Positions 1-9,423 are shown, counted from the stretch's first letter. The stretch is DNA of 64,000 nucleotides from an uncultured Gemmataceae bacterium (GCA_963750165.1 CAVVPN010000003.1:3392001-3456000); one strand, 5' to 3'. Translations and numbers: made by a program. Notes: generated by a model not told the origin, from the letters alone.

Positions 1-28
1 GGAAAAATCCATGAGCCGCGGGGACGCC

Positions 29-520
29 TCATTCCGTCGGTCCTTCCAGCATTTTCTCAAAGCACACACTGCGCGGGTCGTCGCGGTAGTAGCCATAACA
101 CTCGATCCGGTGGTAGCCGGCTGTCTCATACAACTGCATCGCTTCGGGCTGCATGATGCCCGTCTCCAGGCGGAGGCGGAGGAAATCTTGCTGCCGGGCA
201 AACGCCTCCAGCTCGGCCAGGATACGACGGGCGATGCCGCGGCGGCGCGCCTCCGGCGCGACGTACATGCGCTTGATCTCGGCCAGGTCCGGACCCAGCG
301 GCCGCAGCGCCCCGCAGCCGACGGCGCGACCGTCCAGCCGGGCCAGCAGGAAGACGGCGCGCGGCGCCAGCACCTGCTCGGGCAGGAAGTCGCCGGGGCC
401 GTCGTCGCCGTAGCGGCGGCCGAATTCTTGCAGCAGGCTGGCGATCAGCGCCGCGGCCTCGGACGCGCGCGGATCGGCGGGTTCGATGAGCAGTTCCGCA
501 GTGTTAGCGTCGGGGGTCAT
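29..520 (-). CDS. GNAT-family N-acetyltransferase
   Basis: Start reassigned to MTPDANT (ATG at 520), which overlaps the upstream stop (ATGA). Motifs VGCGALR, AEIKRMYVAPEARRRGIARRIL (acetyl-CoA loop) and LETG..QPEAMQLYETAGY. Confidence 0.9.
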   Translation of the reverse strand: MTPDANTAELLIEPADPRASEAAALIASLLQEFGRRYGDDGPGDFLPEQVLAPRAVFLLARLDGRAVGCGALRPLGPDLAEIKRMYVAPEARRRGIARRILAELEAFARQQDFLRLRLETGIMQPEAMQLYETAGYHRIECYGYYRDDPRSVCFEKMLEGPTE

Positions 521-954
521 GGGTGGGCTCGGCTCCAGCGGGCGGCCAGCACTTCGCCGCCGGCCCCGACGGCGACGCCGACAGTGTAGCAGGCGAGGTC
601 GCTCCATGCAAACGTGTCGCCCAGCACCAGTTGCCCGGGCAGCGTCCGCCGTAGTGCATCGATCCAGGGAGCGTGATACAGCTGGCTGATTTCGATCAGG
701 AAGGCGAAGCCGAGCGCCAGCACCGCCACGCGGCGCGTGGCCAGCCGCGGCAGCAAAAAACCAAAGCCGAGGAACACCACCAGGGCCCACAACGTATCGC
801 CGGCGTAGGCGGCGACGAACGGCGGCAGTGGGACGTGTCTGGAGCGCGAGCCGAGGCCGAGCGGGATGACGACTGCGATGAACAGGGCGTATGCCAGGCG
901 CCACCGCGGCCGGGCCGCCGCGTCGGGGTGGACCAGCCAGAGGTTGCGGAGCAT
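517..954 (-). CDS. DUF2809-like membrane protein
   Basis: ATG at 954 with AGGAGG RBS. Hydrophobic protein with LGLGSR, YAGDTLWA, IEISQLYHAPWIDALRRT..GQLVLG..F.WSDL..Y motifs. Confidence 0.85.
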   Translation of the reverse strand: MLRNLWLVHPDAAARPRWRLAYALFIAVVIPLGLGSRSRHVPLPPFVAAYAGDTLWALVVFLGFGFLLPRLATRRVAVLALGFAFLIEISQLYHAPWIDALRRTLPGQLVLGDTFAWSDLACYTVGVAVGAGGEVLAARWSRAHP

Positions 955-1018
955 GAAGGGAATCCTCCTGCGGCGTAGGCTAACACAGCAGGAGGACCGC
1001 GGCAAGGCGCTGCGGAGG

Positions 1019-1636
1019 TCAGCCCCGACCTGCCCGCCGGCGCCAGCCCCAGCGTAGTCCCAGGGCACCGGCCGCCAGGCCAGCCAGTGTGAGCGTGGCC
1101 GGCTCCGGGACGCTGGTGACCGGCGGCGGCGTCGGGTTGCCGCCGCCACTGCCCGGGACCACCATCACGTTGGCTCCGATCATGCCCTGCACGCCCGAGC
1201 CCGTCGGCCCCGGAGCGGCGAACAGGCCGATGACCACACCGTAGTTGTTGCCGCCCAGCATCGCCTGCTGAGTCAGGGGGCTGTTGAATTGGTTGAGCAG
1301 CCCCTGGTCGGTCGTACCGCTCAGCACGCCGCTGAAGGACAGGTCGGCCGTCGTCCCGGAGGCCTGATCGGTCAGGTGCATGGTGAGCGAGTAGGCCCCG
1401 TTGGTGACGACGCCGGTGGGGCCGAACGCTTTGAGCATCACGGCCGGCACACCATCTTCGCCGTTGGTCCCACTGCCGAACGACGGGATGAACTGAACGC
1501 CGCCGCCGGTGTTGTTGAGCACCTCGGTGGTGCCCGACCAACCGTAGTTCCAGGAAATGTTATCCGCCCGGGCGCTGGCCGCCGCGCAGGCGAGCCAGCA
1601 GACCAGGATACCGAGCAGCGCCCGAACGTTTCGCAT
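1019..1636 (-). CDS. PEP-CTERM (exosortase-target) surface protein
   Basis: Signal peptide MRNVRALLGILVCWLACAAASARA-D. C-terminal VPEPATLTLAGLAAGALGL followed by a basic tail (RWGWRRRAGRG). Confidence 0.9.
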   Translation of the reverse strand: MRNVRALLGILVCWLACAAASARADNISWNYGWSGTTEVLNNTGGGVQFIPSFGSGTNGEDGVPAVMLKAFGPTGVVTNGAYSLTMHLTDQASGTTADLSFSGVLSGTTDQGLLNQFNSPLTQQAMLGGNNYGVVIGLFAAPGPTGSGVQGMIGANVMVVPGSGGGNPTPPPVTSVPEPATLTLAGLAAGALGLRWGWRRRAGRG

Positions 1637-1851
1637 GGGTCGGGTCCTTTTTCCGTGGGGTCGCGGGGTCGGGCGTTTGTCGGCGCCCGGTTGCGGAAAA
1701 GTCGGGAGGATATGTAGCAACATTCCGGAAAGAATCAATGCTGAATCAGTCCAGCGTGCGCCTCCGAAATTTGACGCGCGGCGCGGCGGGCGCCGGCACC
1801 TGCTCAAATCCAGAGGCATACCCAACAGCGACAATCGACCTGAAAAAGCGC

Positions 1852-1882
1852 TTGACGGACAGGGTATCGTCTGTTTTATTCT
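1852..1882 (+). promoter_or_regulatory. Possible sigma70-like promoter for the asd operon
   Basis: TTGACG at 1852-1857 and TATTCT at 1877-1882. The 19-nt spacer is longer than ideal. Confidence 0.3.
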
Positions 1883-2078
1883 ACCTTTACCAGCGTTCCG
1901 ACAGGCGGCGGTGACTGGGCGACGCCGACGCCGGGGCGCTGGCCATTTTCTTTTCCAATCCCCCCATCCCTTCAACGTTTCCAGGGATTCGGACTTCCCT
2001 TGTCAAGGGGGCGAGCGTCCCCTTAAATAGCGGAAAAGTTGTCAGCCCGTTTTCTCTGCTTGCGAAAGGAACTCAAGC

Positions 2079-3104
2079 GTGGTCCCAAGCGTTGCGGTGG
2101 TCGGCGCGACCGGTGCGGTCGGCGAAATCATGCGGCAGGTGCTCACCGAGCACGCATTCCCTCTGCGTGCCATTAAATTCCTCGCCTCCGAACGTAGCGC
2201 GGGCAAACCCATCGAGTTCCAGGGCAAAAAATACCTCGTCGAGCCGCTCCGTCCCGAAGCGTTCCTCGGCGTGGACATCGTGCTGTCCAGCACGCCGGCA
2301 CTGGTCAGCCGCGAGTACAGCCCCATCGCCGCGAAGGCCGGCGCCGTCGTCGTGGACAACTCCAGCGCCTGGCGCATGGACCCGGAGGTGCCGCTGGTGG
2401 TGCCCGAGGTCAACGCCCACACGCTGGAACGCATCCCCAAAGGTATCGTCGCCAACCCAAACTGCTCGACCATTCAGATGGTGGTGGCGCTGAAACCGCT
2501 GCACGACCTGGCGAAGATCAAGCGCGTGGTCGTCTCGACGTACCAGGCGTCGTCCGGCAAGGGCGCGACGGGCTTGATGGACCTGGACGCGCAACTGCGG
2601 TCGATTGGCCGCGGTGAGAAAATGCCGGCGGCGAAGGCGCACGCGGCGCAGCTGGCGGGCAACGTGCTGCCGCACGACTGGAAGGCTGGCGACGAGGGCT
2701 ACTCCGAGGAGGAGTGGAAGATGGTGCGCGAGACGCGCAAGATCATGGGCGACGACGCCATTCAGGTGTCGCCGACAACGGTGCGCGTGCCGGTGCGCAT
2801 CGGCCACTCCGAGGCGGTGAATATCGAGTTCCATAACCCCATCACGGTGGAGCAGGCTCGCGCGGCGCTGCGCCGCGCCCCCGGCGTGGTGCTGCTGGAC
2901 GACCCGGCCAGGGGCGAGGTGCCGCTGCCGCTGCACTGCGAGGGCCGCGACGAGGTGTTCGTGGGCCGCATCCGCCGCGACTCGACGGTCGCCAACGGCC
3001 TGAACATCTGGGTGGTCGCCGACAATCTGCGCAAGGGCGCCGCGACCAACGCGGTGCAGATCGCCGAGGTGCTGGTGCAGCGCGGCTGGCTGCCACGGAA
3101 GTAA
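2079..3104 (+). CDS. asd: Aspartate-semialdehyde dehydrogenase
   Basis: VAVVGATGAVG, VVDNSSAWRM, PLVVPEVN, catalytic ANPNCST, YQASSGKG, RVPVRIGHS and WVVADNLRKGAATNAVQIAE. GTG start after AAAGGA. Confidence 0.97.
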   Translation: MVPSVAVVGATGAVGEIMRQVLTEHAFPLRAIKFLASERSAGKPIEFQGKKYLVEPLRPEAFLGVDIVLSSTPALVSREYSPIAAKAGAVVVDNSSAWRMDPEVPLVVPEVNAHTLERIPKGIVANPNCSTIQMVVALKPLHDLAKIKRVVVSTYQASSGKGATGLMDLDAQLRSIGRGEKMPAAKAHAAQLAGNVLPHDWKAGDEGYSEEEWKMVRETRKIMGDDAIQVSPTTVRVPVRIGHSEAVNIEFHNPITVEQARAALRRAPGVVLLDDPARGEVPLPLHCEGRDEVFVGRIRRDSTVANGLNIWVVADNLRKGAATNAVQIAEVLVQRGWLPRK

Positions 3105-3111
3105 AGAGGAT

Positions 3112-3207
3112 TTCACCGCAGAGCACGCGAAGCGCGAGAGAAAAGACAAAAGAATTGTTGATCCATTTCTTTGTCTTCTCTCTGCGCTCCGCGTGCTCTG
3201 CGGTGAA
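3112..3207. repeat. Long palindromic (REP-like) intergenic element
   Basis: 18-bp perfect inverted repeat TTCACCGCAGAGCACGCG (3112-3129) / CGCGTGCTCTGCGGTGAA (3190-3207), extended inward by imperfect purine/pyrimidine arms. Confidence 0.8.
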
Positions 3208-3214
3208 TTTTTTT

Positions 3215-3955
3215 ATGAGGAACATCAAGCTGACGGTTTCCTATGACGGCACGGACTTCAATGGCTGGCAGACGCAGCCCGGCTACCGCACCGTGCAGGA
3301 GACCCTGGAGAAGGCGCTCGCGGAGTTGACCGGCGAGCCGCGCGTCCGCGTCAACGCCAGCGGCCGCACCGACGCCGGCGTTCACGCCGTCGGCCAGGTC
3401 GTCAACTTCTACACCAACACCCACCACAGTCCCGAAACCATCGTCCGCGCCGTCAACGCCCGGTTGCCGCACGACCTTGCGGTGCGCGACGGCTGCGACG
3501 TGCCGGAGGCGTTCGACGCCAACCTCGACGCGCTGCGCAAGCTGTACCGCTACGTCATCCACGACGGGGCGGTGCCGGACGTGTTCCTGCGCCGCTACTG
3601 TTGCCAGGCCCGCCGGCCACTGGACGCCGACGCCATGCGCCGCGCCGCGGCGCCGCTACAGGGGCGGCATGATTTCCACAGCTTCGAGACGGACTGGCCG
3701 AATCGCATGTCGAGCGTGCGCACCATCACGCACCTGGGCGTCAGCCGCTTCGGCGACTGGATCTGGATCGACGTGGAGGCGGACGGCTTCCTGTACAATA
3801 TGGTGCGCGCCATCGCCGGTACGCTGATGAACGTCGGCCGCGGGTTCTGGCCGGTGGAGTGCGTGGCGGAGATTCTCAACGCCGAGGACCGCGCCCAAGC
3901 CGGGCCGACGGCGCCGGCGCAGGGGTTGTTTCTGATGCGAGTGACGTATGCCTGA
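3215..3955 (+). CDS. truA: tRNA pseudouridine(38-40) synthase
   Basis: Start at MRNIKLTVSYDGTDFNGWQ (ATG 3215). SGRTDAGVHAVGQV, G.HDF.SF, GFLYNMVRAIAGTL and AGPTAPAQGLFL motifs. Confidence 0.97.
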   Translation: MRNIKLTVSYDGTDFNGWQTQPGYRTVQETLEKALAELTGEPRVRVNASGRTDAGVHAVGQVVNFYTNTHHSPETIVRAVNARLPHDLAVRDGCDVPEAFDANLDALRKLYRYVIHDGAVPDVFLRRYCCQARRPLDADAMRRAAAPLQGRHDFHSFETDWPNRMSSVRTITHLGVSRFGDWIWIDVEADGFLYNMVRAIAGTLMNVGRGFWPVECVAEILNAEDRAQAGPTAPAQGLFLMRVTYA

Positions 3956-5258
3956 CACGCAGCCGAATTACCCGCCGCAACTTGAAATCGTGCCGCTGAC
4001 AAAACCGCCACAGGCGACAGTGCGCGTGCCGGGGTCGAAGAGCATCACGAACCGGGCGCTGGTGCTGGCGGCACTGGTCGGTAAGGGAAGCGATTGTGAA
4101 TTACGAGGCGCACTGAGGAGCGAAGACACGGAAGTCATGATCGCGGCACTGCAACAATTAAAGTTTCGAGTCACGCCGCGGTGGGGTGCCGACCCGCCGC
4201 TGCTCACGGTTTACTCTGAGGAAGCAGACCTCATTCCCGCCTCGTCCGCCGACCTGTTTGTGGGCAATTCCGGCACGACTATGCGATTTTTGACGGCGAT
4301 GTTGAGCCTGGGCCACGGCCGCTATCGCCTGGACGGAGTGCCGCGGATGCGGGAGCGGCCCATTGAAGATCTGTTAGCCGCCTTGCGACAACTCGGCGTC
4401 AACGCCTACAGTGAAAGCGGCAACGGCTGTCCGCCGGTCGTCATCGAGAGTCGCGGACTAAACCCTGGAACGGTGCGCATCCGGGGGAATGTCAGCAGTC
4501 AATTTTTGAGCGGTTTATTGATGGCGGCGCCGTTCGCCCACGGCGACATCGTCATTGAACTCGACGGGCCGCTGGTGTCCTGGCCCTATGTCAGCATGAC
4601 CGTTGAAATGATGCGACGCTGGTGTTTAGAAGTTGAGGTAGAAGAGCAGCGCCGATTCCGTGTTGCGCGGAAAACCTACGGCCTCCTGGGATTTGAGATT
4701 GAGCCGGACGCCTCCTCCGCCAGCTATTTCTTCGCCGCAGCGGCCATCGCCGGCGGCACCGTGCAAGTCCTCGACCTGACCGCCCACAGCCTGCAAGGGG
4801 ACGTACGCTTCGGCGATCTCCTGGAGGAGATGGGTTGTCAGTTCGTGCGCGGCACGTCCAGCCTGACGGTGACCGGTGGCCCGCTGCGCGGCATCGACGC
4901 CGACCTGAACGACATCAGTGACACCGTGATGACACTCGCCGCCGTCGCCTGCTTCGCGGAGGGGCCGACCACCATCCGCAACGTCGCCCACATCCGCCAC
5001 AAGGAGACCGACCGCCTCAGCGCCCTTGCCGCCGAGCTGCGCCGCCTCGGCGCCGGCGTGGACGAGTTCGCGGACGGCCTGACCATCACGCCACAGCCGT
5101 TGCACGGAACGACCGTGCAAACGTATAATGACCACCGCATGGCGATGAGCCTGGCGCTGATCGGCCTGCGCGTGCCGGGTGTCGTGATCGACAACCCGGG
5201 CTGCGTGGCCAAGACGTATCCGGGCTTCTTTGCGGACCTGGAAAAACTCAGGGAATGA
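3948..5258 (+). CDS. aroA: 3-phosphoshikimate 1-carboxyvinyltransferase (EPSP synthase)
   Basis: PGSKSITNRAL, GNSGTTMRF, RMRERPI, SSQFLSGLLM, EPDASSASYF, RHKETDRL, DHRMAM and CVAKTYPGFF. Overlaps the truA stop. Confidence 0.97.
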   Translation: MPDTQPNYPPQLEIVPLTKPPQATVRVPGSKSITNRALVLAALVGKGSDCELRGALRSEDTEVMIAALQQLKFRVTPRWGADPPLLTVYSEEADLIPASSADLFVGNSGTTMRFLTAMLSLGHGRYRLDGVPRMRERPIEDLLAALRQLGVNAYSESGNGCPPVVIESRGLNPGTVRIRGNVSSQFLSGLLMAAPFAHGDIVIELDGPLVSWPYVSMTVEMMRRWCLEVEVEEQRRFRVARKTYGLLGFEIEPDASSASYFFAAAAIAGGTVQVLDLTAHSLQGDVRFGDLLEEMGCQFVRGTSSLTVTGGPLRGIDADLNDISDTVMTLAAVACFAEGPTTIRNVAHIRHKETDRLSALAAELRRLGAGVDEFADGLTITPQPLHGTTVQTYNDHRMAMSLALIGLRVPGVVIDNPGCVAKTYPGFFADLEKLRE

Positions 5259-5276
5259 GCGAAAGGAGTTGCCCCA

Positions 5277-5975
5277 ATGACCACTCCCATGACACAAACG
5301 GGCGTGCCGCCGTTGGAGCAGGGGGATCATTTAACCCGCGATGAATTTGAGCGGCGCTATGAAGCCATGCCTCAGGTGAAGAAGGCGGAGCTGATCGAAG
5401 GAGTCGTCCACATGCCCTCCCCCTTGCGCTGGCAGCACCACGCCTCTCCGAACGGAGACATTAACGCCTTGTTCAAGGTTTACCAGGCTCACACCCCCGG
5501 CACGCGGGCCGGGGTGAATGGCACGCTGCGCATTGATTTTCAAAATGAATTCCAACCGGACGCCACCTTGGTTATTGAGCCGGAGTACGGTGGCCAACTC
5601 CGCTACAGCCAGGACGATTACCTCGACGGTGCCCCCGAATTGGTCGCGGAAGTTACTGCGAGTACCGTCAGCATCGACTTGAACACCAAACTCCGCGTCT
5701 ACCAACGCAACCGGGTTTGCGAATACCTGGTGTGGCGTATCCAGGATCAGGCTTTTGACTGGTTCGTATTGCGGCAGGGCAACTACGACCGCCTGTCGCT
5801 CAACGCCCTGGGTCACTACCAGAGCGAAGTCTTCCCCGGCCTTTGGCTCGACCCCGCGGCGCTGGTCCGCTTTGACCTGGCCGCCGTCCTGCAAGTGCTT
5901 ATGCAGGGCCTGGCCAGCCCCGAGCACACCGCCTTCGTCACCAGGTTGCAGCAAGCTCGCAAGCCAACGCCGTGA
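5277..5975 (+). CDS. Uma2-family (DUF820) putative restriction-type endonuclease
   Basis: AAGGAG RBS. KAELIEGVVHMPSP, QPDA, APELVAEV, K..VY....V.EYLVW and SEVFPGLWLD motifs. Confidence 0.9.
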   Translation: MTTPMTQTGVPPLEQGDHLTRDEFERRYEAMPQVKKAELIEGVVHMPSPLRWQHHASPNGDINALFKVYQAHTPGTRAGVNGTLRIDFQNEFQPDATLVIEPEYGGQLRYSQDDYLDGAPELVAEVTASTVSIDLNTKLRVYQRNRVCEYLVWRIQDQAFDWFVLRQGNYDRLSLNALGHYQSEVFPGLWLDPAALVRFDLAAVLQVLMQGLASPEHTAFVTRLQQARKPTP

Positions 5976-5983
5976 CCGCCGCG

Positions 5984-7018
5984 TCACTCCTCGCTCATCA
6001 GCCGGGCCAGCGGCCAGGTGTCGGAGAGGTTGGCCAGCACGATCTTCAAACTCGTCAGCATCGGCACCGCCAGCAGCAACCCGACGATGCCCCACGTCCA
6101 GCCCCAGTACGCCAGGAACGCCAGCAACAAGCTCGAATCCACGTTCAACTGCTTGCCGGTCAGGCGCACCTCCAGGAAGTCGATCCACAGGGAACGGTTC
6201 GCGATGAGCAGGCCGCCCACGACCACCGCCACCCAGGGATTGTCGTACTGCAGCAGCGCCACGACCACCGGCGGCACCAGCGCCACCATGCTGCCGATGT
6301 ACGTGATGTAGTTCAGCAGGAAGAACAGGAACGCCCACAGGAACCAGTAGTCCAGGTCGAACGGCGCCAGAATGGCGGCGGCGCAGCCGGCCATGGCCAG
6401 ACTGATGAGCGTCTTGACGCGCAGGAAATAGCCCATCTGATCGGCGATCTTTTGGGCCACGGCTACCACCCGCTCGGCCTTCTCCGGCGTCAGCGCCCGT
6501 TGCACCCGGTGCTTCATCTTGCCCACGTCCAGAATCAGGAACATCAGGTAGAAGAACGTCATCGCCGCGAATTCCAGCACGTTCAGGGCGGTGCCGAACA
6601 GCACCCGCACCAGATCTTCGGCAGACAGGGCCAGGGTGTTGATTACGGTGCGGCCCGCGTCCGGGACGACGGCGTCCACCAGGTTGGTCAGTCGTTTCTG
6701 ATACTCCGGCCAGTGGCGGCGGAACGACAGGGCGGTGTCCTGCGCCAGGTAGCCCAGGATCCCGAACGCCGCGACCACGATCAGCAGGAGCAGCGTGTAG
6801 CTCAGCAAGGAGGGGATGCCGATCCGGCGCAGGGCCTCCGCGGCTGGCCGCACGGCGTAGAAGAGGAACACGCCGACCAGCAACGGTTGCAGCACCGGGC
6901 CGGCGTAGGTGATGGCCGCGGCGCTCACCACCGTGGCGATCACGATCAGCGCGATGGTGTTGGTCCGCGACCGCTTGCTGGGCTTCGTCGGTGTCGTCGG
7001 CTCGGCGACCGTGCTCAT
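5984..7018 (-). CDS. AI-2E family transporter
   Basis: Multi-TM protein with LFFLLNYITYIGS and YWGWTWGIVGLLLAVPM signatures. Confidence 0.9.
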   Translation of the reverse strand: MSTVAEPTTPTKPSKRSRTNTIALIVIATVVSAAAITYAGPVLQPLLVGVFLFYAVRPAAEALRRIGIPSLLSYTLLLLIVVAAFGILGYLAQDTALSFRRHWPEYQKRLTNLVDAVVPDAGRTVINTLALSAEDLVRVLFGTALNVLEFAAMTFFYLMFLILDVGKMKHRVQRALTPEKAERVVAVAQKIADQMGYFLRVKTLISLAMAGCAAAILAPFDLDYWFLWAFLFFLLNYITYIGSMVALVPPVVVALLQYDNPWVAVVVGGLLIANRSLWIDFLEVRLTGKQLNVDSSLLLAFLAYWGWTWGIVGLLLAVPMLTSLKIVLANLSDTWPLARLMSEE

Positions 7019-7264
7019 GGCTGCCCCTCGATCATTCGCCCGAGAGTTCGCTTACCCCAGGTGAATACAGGACGCAAGTTTTGTGCCACGAGCCGGCGTG
7101 CCCCTCGGGAAGAGCATGGGATCGCGCGCTCATTTCGGAGCACGTCACTGGTTGCGACTCGACCTGCAAACGGGTAACATCGTTCGTAACCCCACGGGCC
7201 TTTGCTCACCCACCAGGCCCCCGCAAAATGAAAACAGTGGTCTCCCACCAGAAAGGGCCCTCCC

Positions 7265-8671
7265 GTGCTCACCCTCCTGAATCGTCAGCCTGTCCGGCAT
7301 TGCCAGGGCCTGGGCCGCCGCGAATTCCTCAAAGTTGGCGGCCTTGGCCTGCTCGGCAACCTCACGCTCCCCCTGTTGTTGCGGGCCAGGGCGGCGGCGG
7401 CCGCGGAAGGCCGGACGGTCAGAGACAGGTCGGTCGTGTTGCTTTTCCTCCAGGGCGGGCCCTCCCACATCGAGTTTTTTGACCCGAAGATGACGGCCCC
7501 CGCGGAATTCCGCAGCATCACCGGCGAGGTGCAGACCCGTTTGCCGGGGATTACGTTCGGCGGCACCTTCCCGCAACTCGCCCGCCTGGCGGACAAGCTG
7601 GCGGTCGTCCGGTCTTACGCCACCGGCAACGCGGACCACACTTACCAGCTCGCCACCAGCGGCGGCAACCCGACGTGCGCCAGCATGGGTGCCCTGTATG
7701 CCCGGGTCGCGGGCGTGAACCACCCGCACACCGGCATGCCGAACAACGTCCTGGTGCTCCCGGAGGCGGTCCAGCCCGGTCTGCGCCTTCAGGGGAATTT
7801 TGAGACAAGCGCCCTGCCCACCCTGACCAGCCCCGGCGAACTGGGGGCGAGCTACCAGGCGTTTAACCCCAGTGGCACCGGCGAGGTCCAGCGCAACATG
7901 CAACTGCGCCTCCCCGCGGATCGGTTTGCGGATCGCCGTTACCTGCTGGAACAACTGGACACCATGCGCCGGGACGTGGACGCCGCTGGCTCCCTGGCCG
8001 GCGCCGACCGGTTTCAGCAACAGGCGTTCGAGGTCGTGACGCGGGGCGTCGCGGCGGCGTTCGACCTGTCCCGGGAATCCGCGCGGGTCGTCGCCCGCTA
8101 CGACACCAGCCACCTGTTCCGCAACGAGGAGCTGCAACGCTATTACGACATGCGGCGGGCTTCCAACCTGCTCGGCAAGCAGTTGCTGCTGGCGCGGCGC
8201 CTGTGCGAGGCGGGCTGCGGCTTCGTGACGGTCTCCGACTGCGGCTGGGACATGCACGCCAACAATAACAGTCCGCGGCACATGGCCGGGCTGGCGCCGA
8301 TGACCCGGCAGGTGGACCATGCCGTGTCGGCCTTCATCGAGGATCTGGAGGCGCGCGGCCTGAGTGAGCAAATTCTGCTGGTCGTCACGGGGGAAATGGG
8401 GCGCACGCCGCGGTTGAACAACAACGGCGGCCGCGACCATCACGCCAACCTGACGACGCTGGCCTTCGCGGGCGGCAGCTTGCGGATGGGCCAGGTGATC
8501 GGCCGTTCGGATCGGTTGGCCGCAAGTCCCGCTTCGGAACGGTTCGGCCCCGGTCACTTGCTGGCGACGGTGATGCACCACCTCCTGGACCTGGGCGAGG
8601 TGCGCGTGCAGCGCGGGCTGGGCCGGGTGGCGACGGCGCTCACGGCAGGCCAACCGATCCCGGGGCTGTAG
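7265..8671 (+). CDS. DUF1501 protein with twin-arginine-like N-terminus
   Basis: GRREFLKVGGLG, SVVLLFLQGGPSH..FDPK, LGKQLLLARRLCEAG..FVTV..GWDMH and GEMGRTPRLN..GGRDH. Confidence 0.92.
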   Translation: MLTLLNRQPVRHCQGLGRREFLKVGGLGLLGNLTLPLLLRARAAAAAEGRTVRDRSVVLLFLQGGPSHIEFFDPKMTAPAEFRSITGEVQTRLPGITFGGTFPQLARLADKLAVVRSYATGNADHTYQLATSGGNPTCASMGALYARVAGVNHPHTGMPNNVLVLPEAVQPGLRLQGNFETSALPTLTSPGELGASYQAFNPSGTGEVQRNMQLRLPADRFADRRYLLEQLDTMRRDVDAAGSLAGADRFQQQAFEVVTRGVAAAFDLSRESARVVARYDTSHLFRNEELQRYYDMRRASNLLGKQLLLARRLCEAGCGFVTVSDCGWDMHANNNSPRHMAGLAPMTRQVDHAVSAFIEDLEARGLSEQILLVVTGEMGRTPRLNNNGGRDHHANLTTLAFAGGSLRMGQVIGRSDRLAASPASERFGPGHLLATVMHHLLDLGEVRVQRGLGRVATALTAGQPIPGL

Positions 8672-8856
8672 TGTTCCTCCCTCCGGGGCCGTTTTCCGCA
8701 GCCGGTGCCGGGCGCAGCAAATGAGTTCGGCTGCCCAGGATGCCCTGGCTTCAGGTTGGCCACCGTGCCCAGTGCCTGTGGGCAACAAGAGCGGTTCGCA
8801 GGCGGAGTGCGCACGGGTGGGGTGGCGGACACGGCCTGACGTGCGGCGGCCTGCAC

Positions 8857-9026
8857 TGCCACAGCAAGGGGGCCAAGGGGGCCAAGGGGGCCAACTTTTT
8901 CATACGTCGAGATGCGGCGCCCTGGCTCCGTAGGGGTGGCACGGCGCGACAGCCAACGGCGGCGGTTGCCACAGCAAGGGGGCCAAGGGGGCCAACGTTT
9001 TCACACGTCGAGAAGCGGCGCCTGGC
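8857..9026. repeat. Two ~60-70 bp direct repeats containing tandem CAAGGGGGC 9-mers (3 and 2 copies)
   Basis: TGCCACAG-(CAAGGGGGC)3-CAACTTTTTCATACGTCGAGATGCGGCGCCCTGGC at 8857-8926 and TGCCACAG-(CAAGGGGGC)2-CAACGTTTTCACACGTCGAGAAGCGGCGCCTGGC at 8967-9026. Confidence 0.9.
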
Positions 9027-9309
9027 AGCGCGGGCTTGCCGTTCGTGGTCCTTGCGACGGCAAACTGCTCTATTCTGGCAGGGGCAGACGGTGGTTACAT
9101 TTTCATCGAAACTTTTTGTCTCCGGGAGGGTTTATCTCTTACCAATAATCATCTGCGATTCATTAAGCCCCCCTAACACTTGGAGGGATTCATGGGTGCC
9201 GGCGTCCTGCGCTGATACCATTGAGGACCGTTCTGGGGGCGCGATCCTTTCCTGCACTCTCGTGGTAGTCGGCGTGTGCCCAAAGATGGGGGCATGCGCG
9301 CCGCCTTTG

Positions 9310-9412
9310 AGAAGATTAAAAAAAATTCCGAAATTCTGGTTTAACTCTGGAAATTCAAAAAAAAAGGGTTACAACATTTATTCAGCAAGATTTTTGGCTT
9401 GATACTACCAAG
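9310..9412 (+). promoter_or_regulatory. AT-rich putative promoter region of the giant adhesin gene
   Basis: Strongly AT-rich island with A8 (9318-9325) and A9 (9357-9365) tracts and GAAATTC repeated at 9330 and 9350. It lies directly upstream of the structured leader. Confidence 0.45.
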
Positions 9413-9423
9413 TTTGTGTCGCT

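Noticed and set aside
29..1975. Longer ORF-track starts for GNAT (904), DUF2809 (1149), PEP-CTERM (1975), and also truA (3155)
   Set aside because: The extensions overlap neighbouring genes, the promoter region or the palindrome. Internal ATGs fit the RBS, signal peptide or family N-terminus better.
2001..2006. Perfect TTGACA on the minus strand as the PEP-CTERM promoter
   Set aside because: No matching -10 element at 16-18 bp spacing.
5277..5975. Uma2 gene as part of a defence system
   Set aside because: It is a solitary member of a commonly expanded family, with no methyltransferase or other defence genes nearby.
8857..9026. Direct repeats as a mini-CRISPR, or ORF 8740-9402 as a real gene
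   Set aside because: There are only two imperfect copies with internal tandem units. The ORF has no recognisable motifs and atypical composition.
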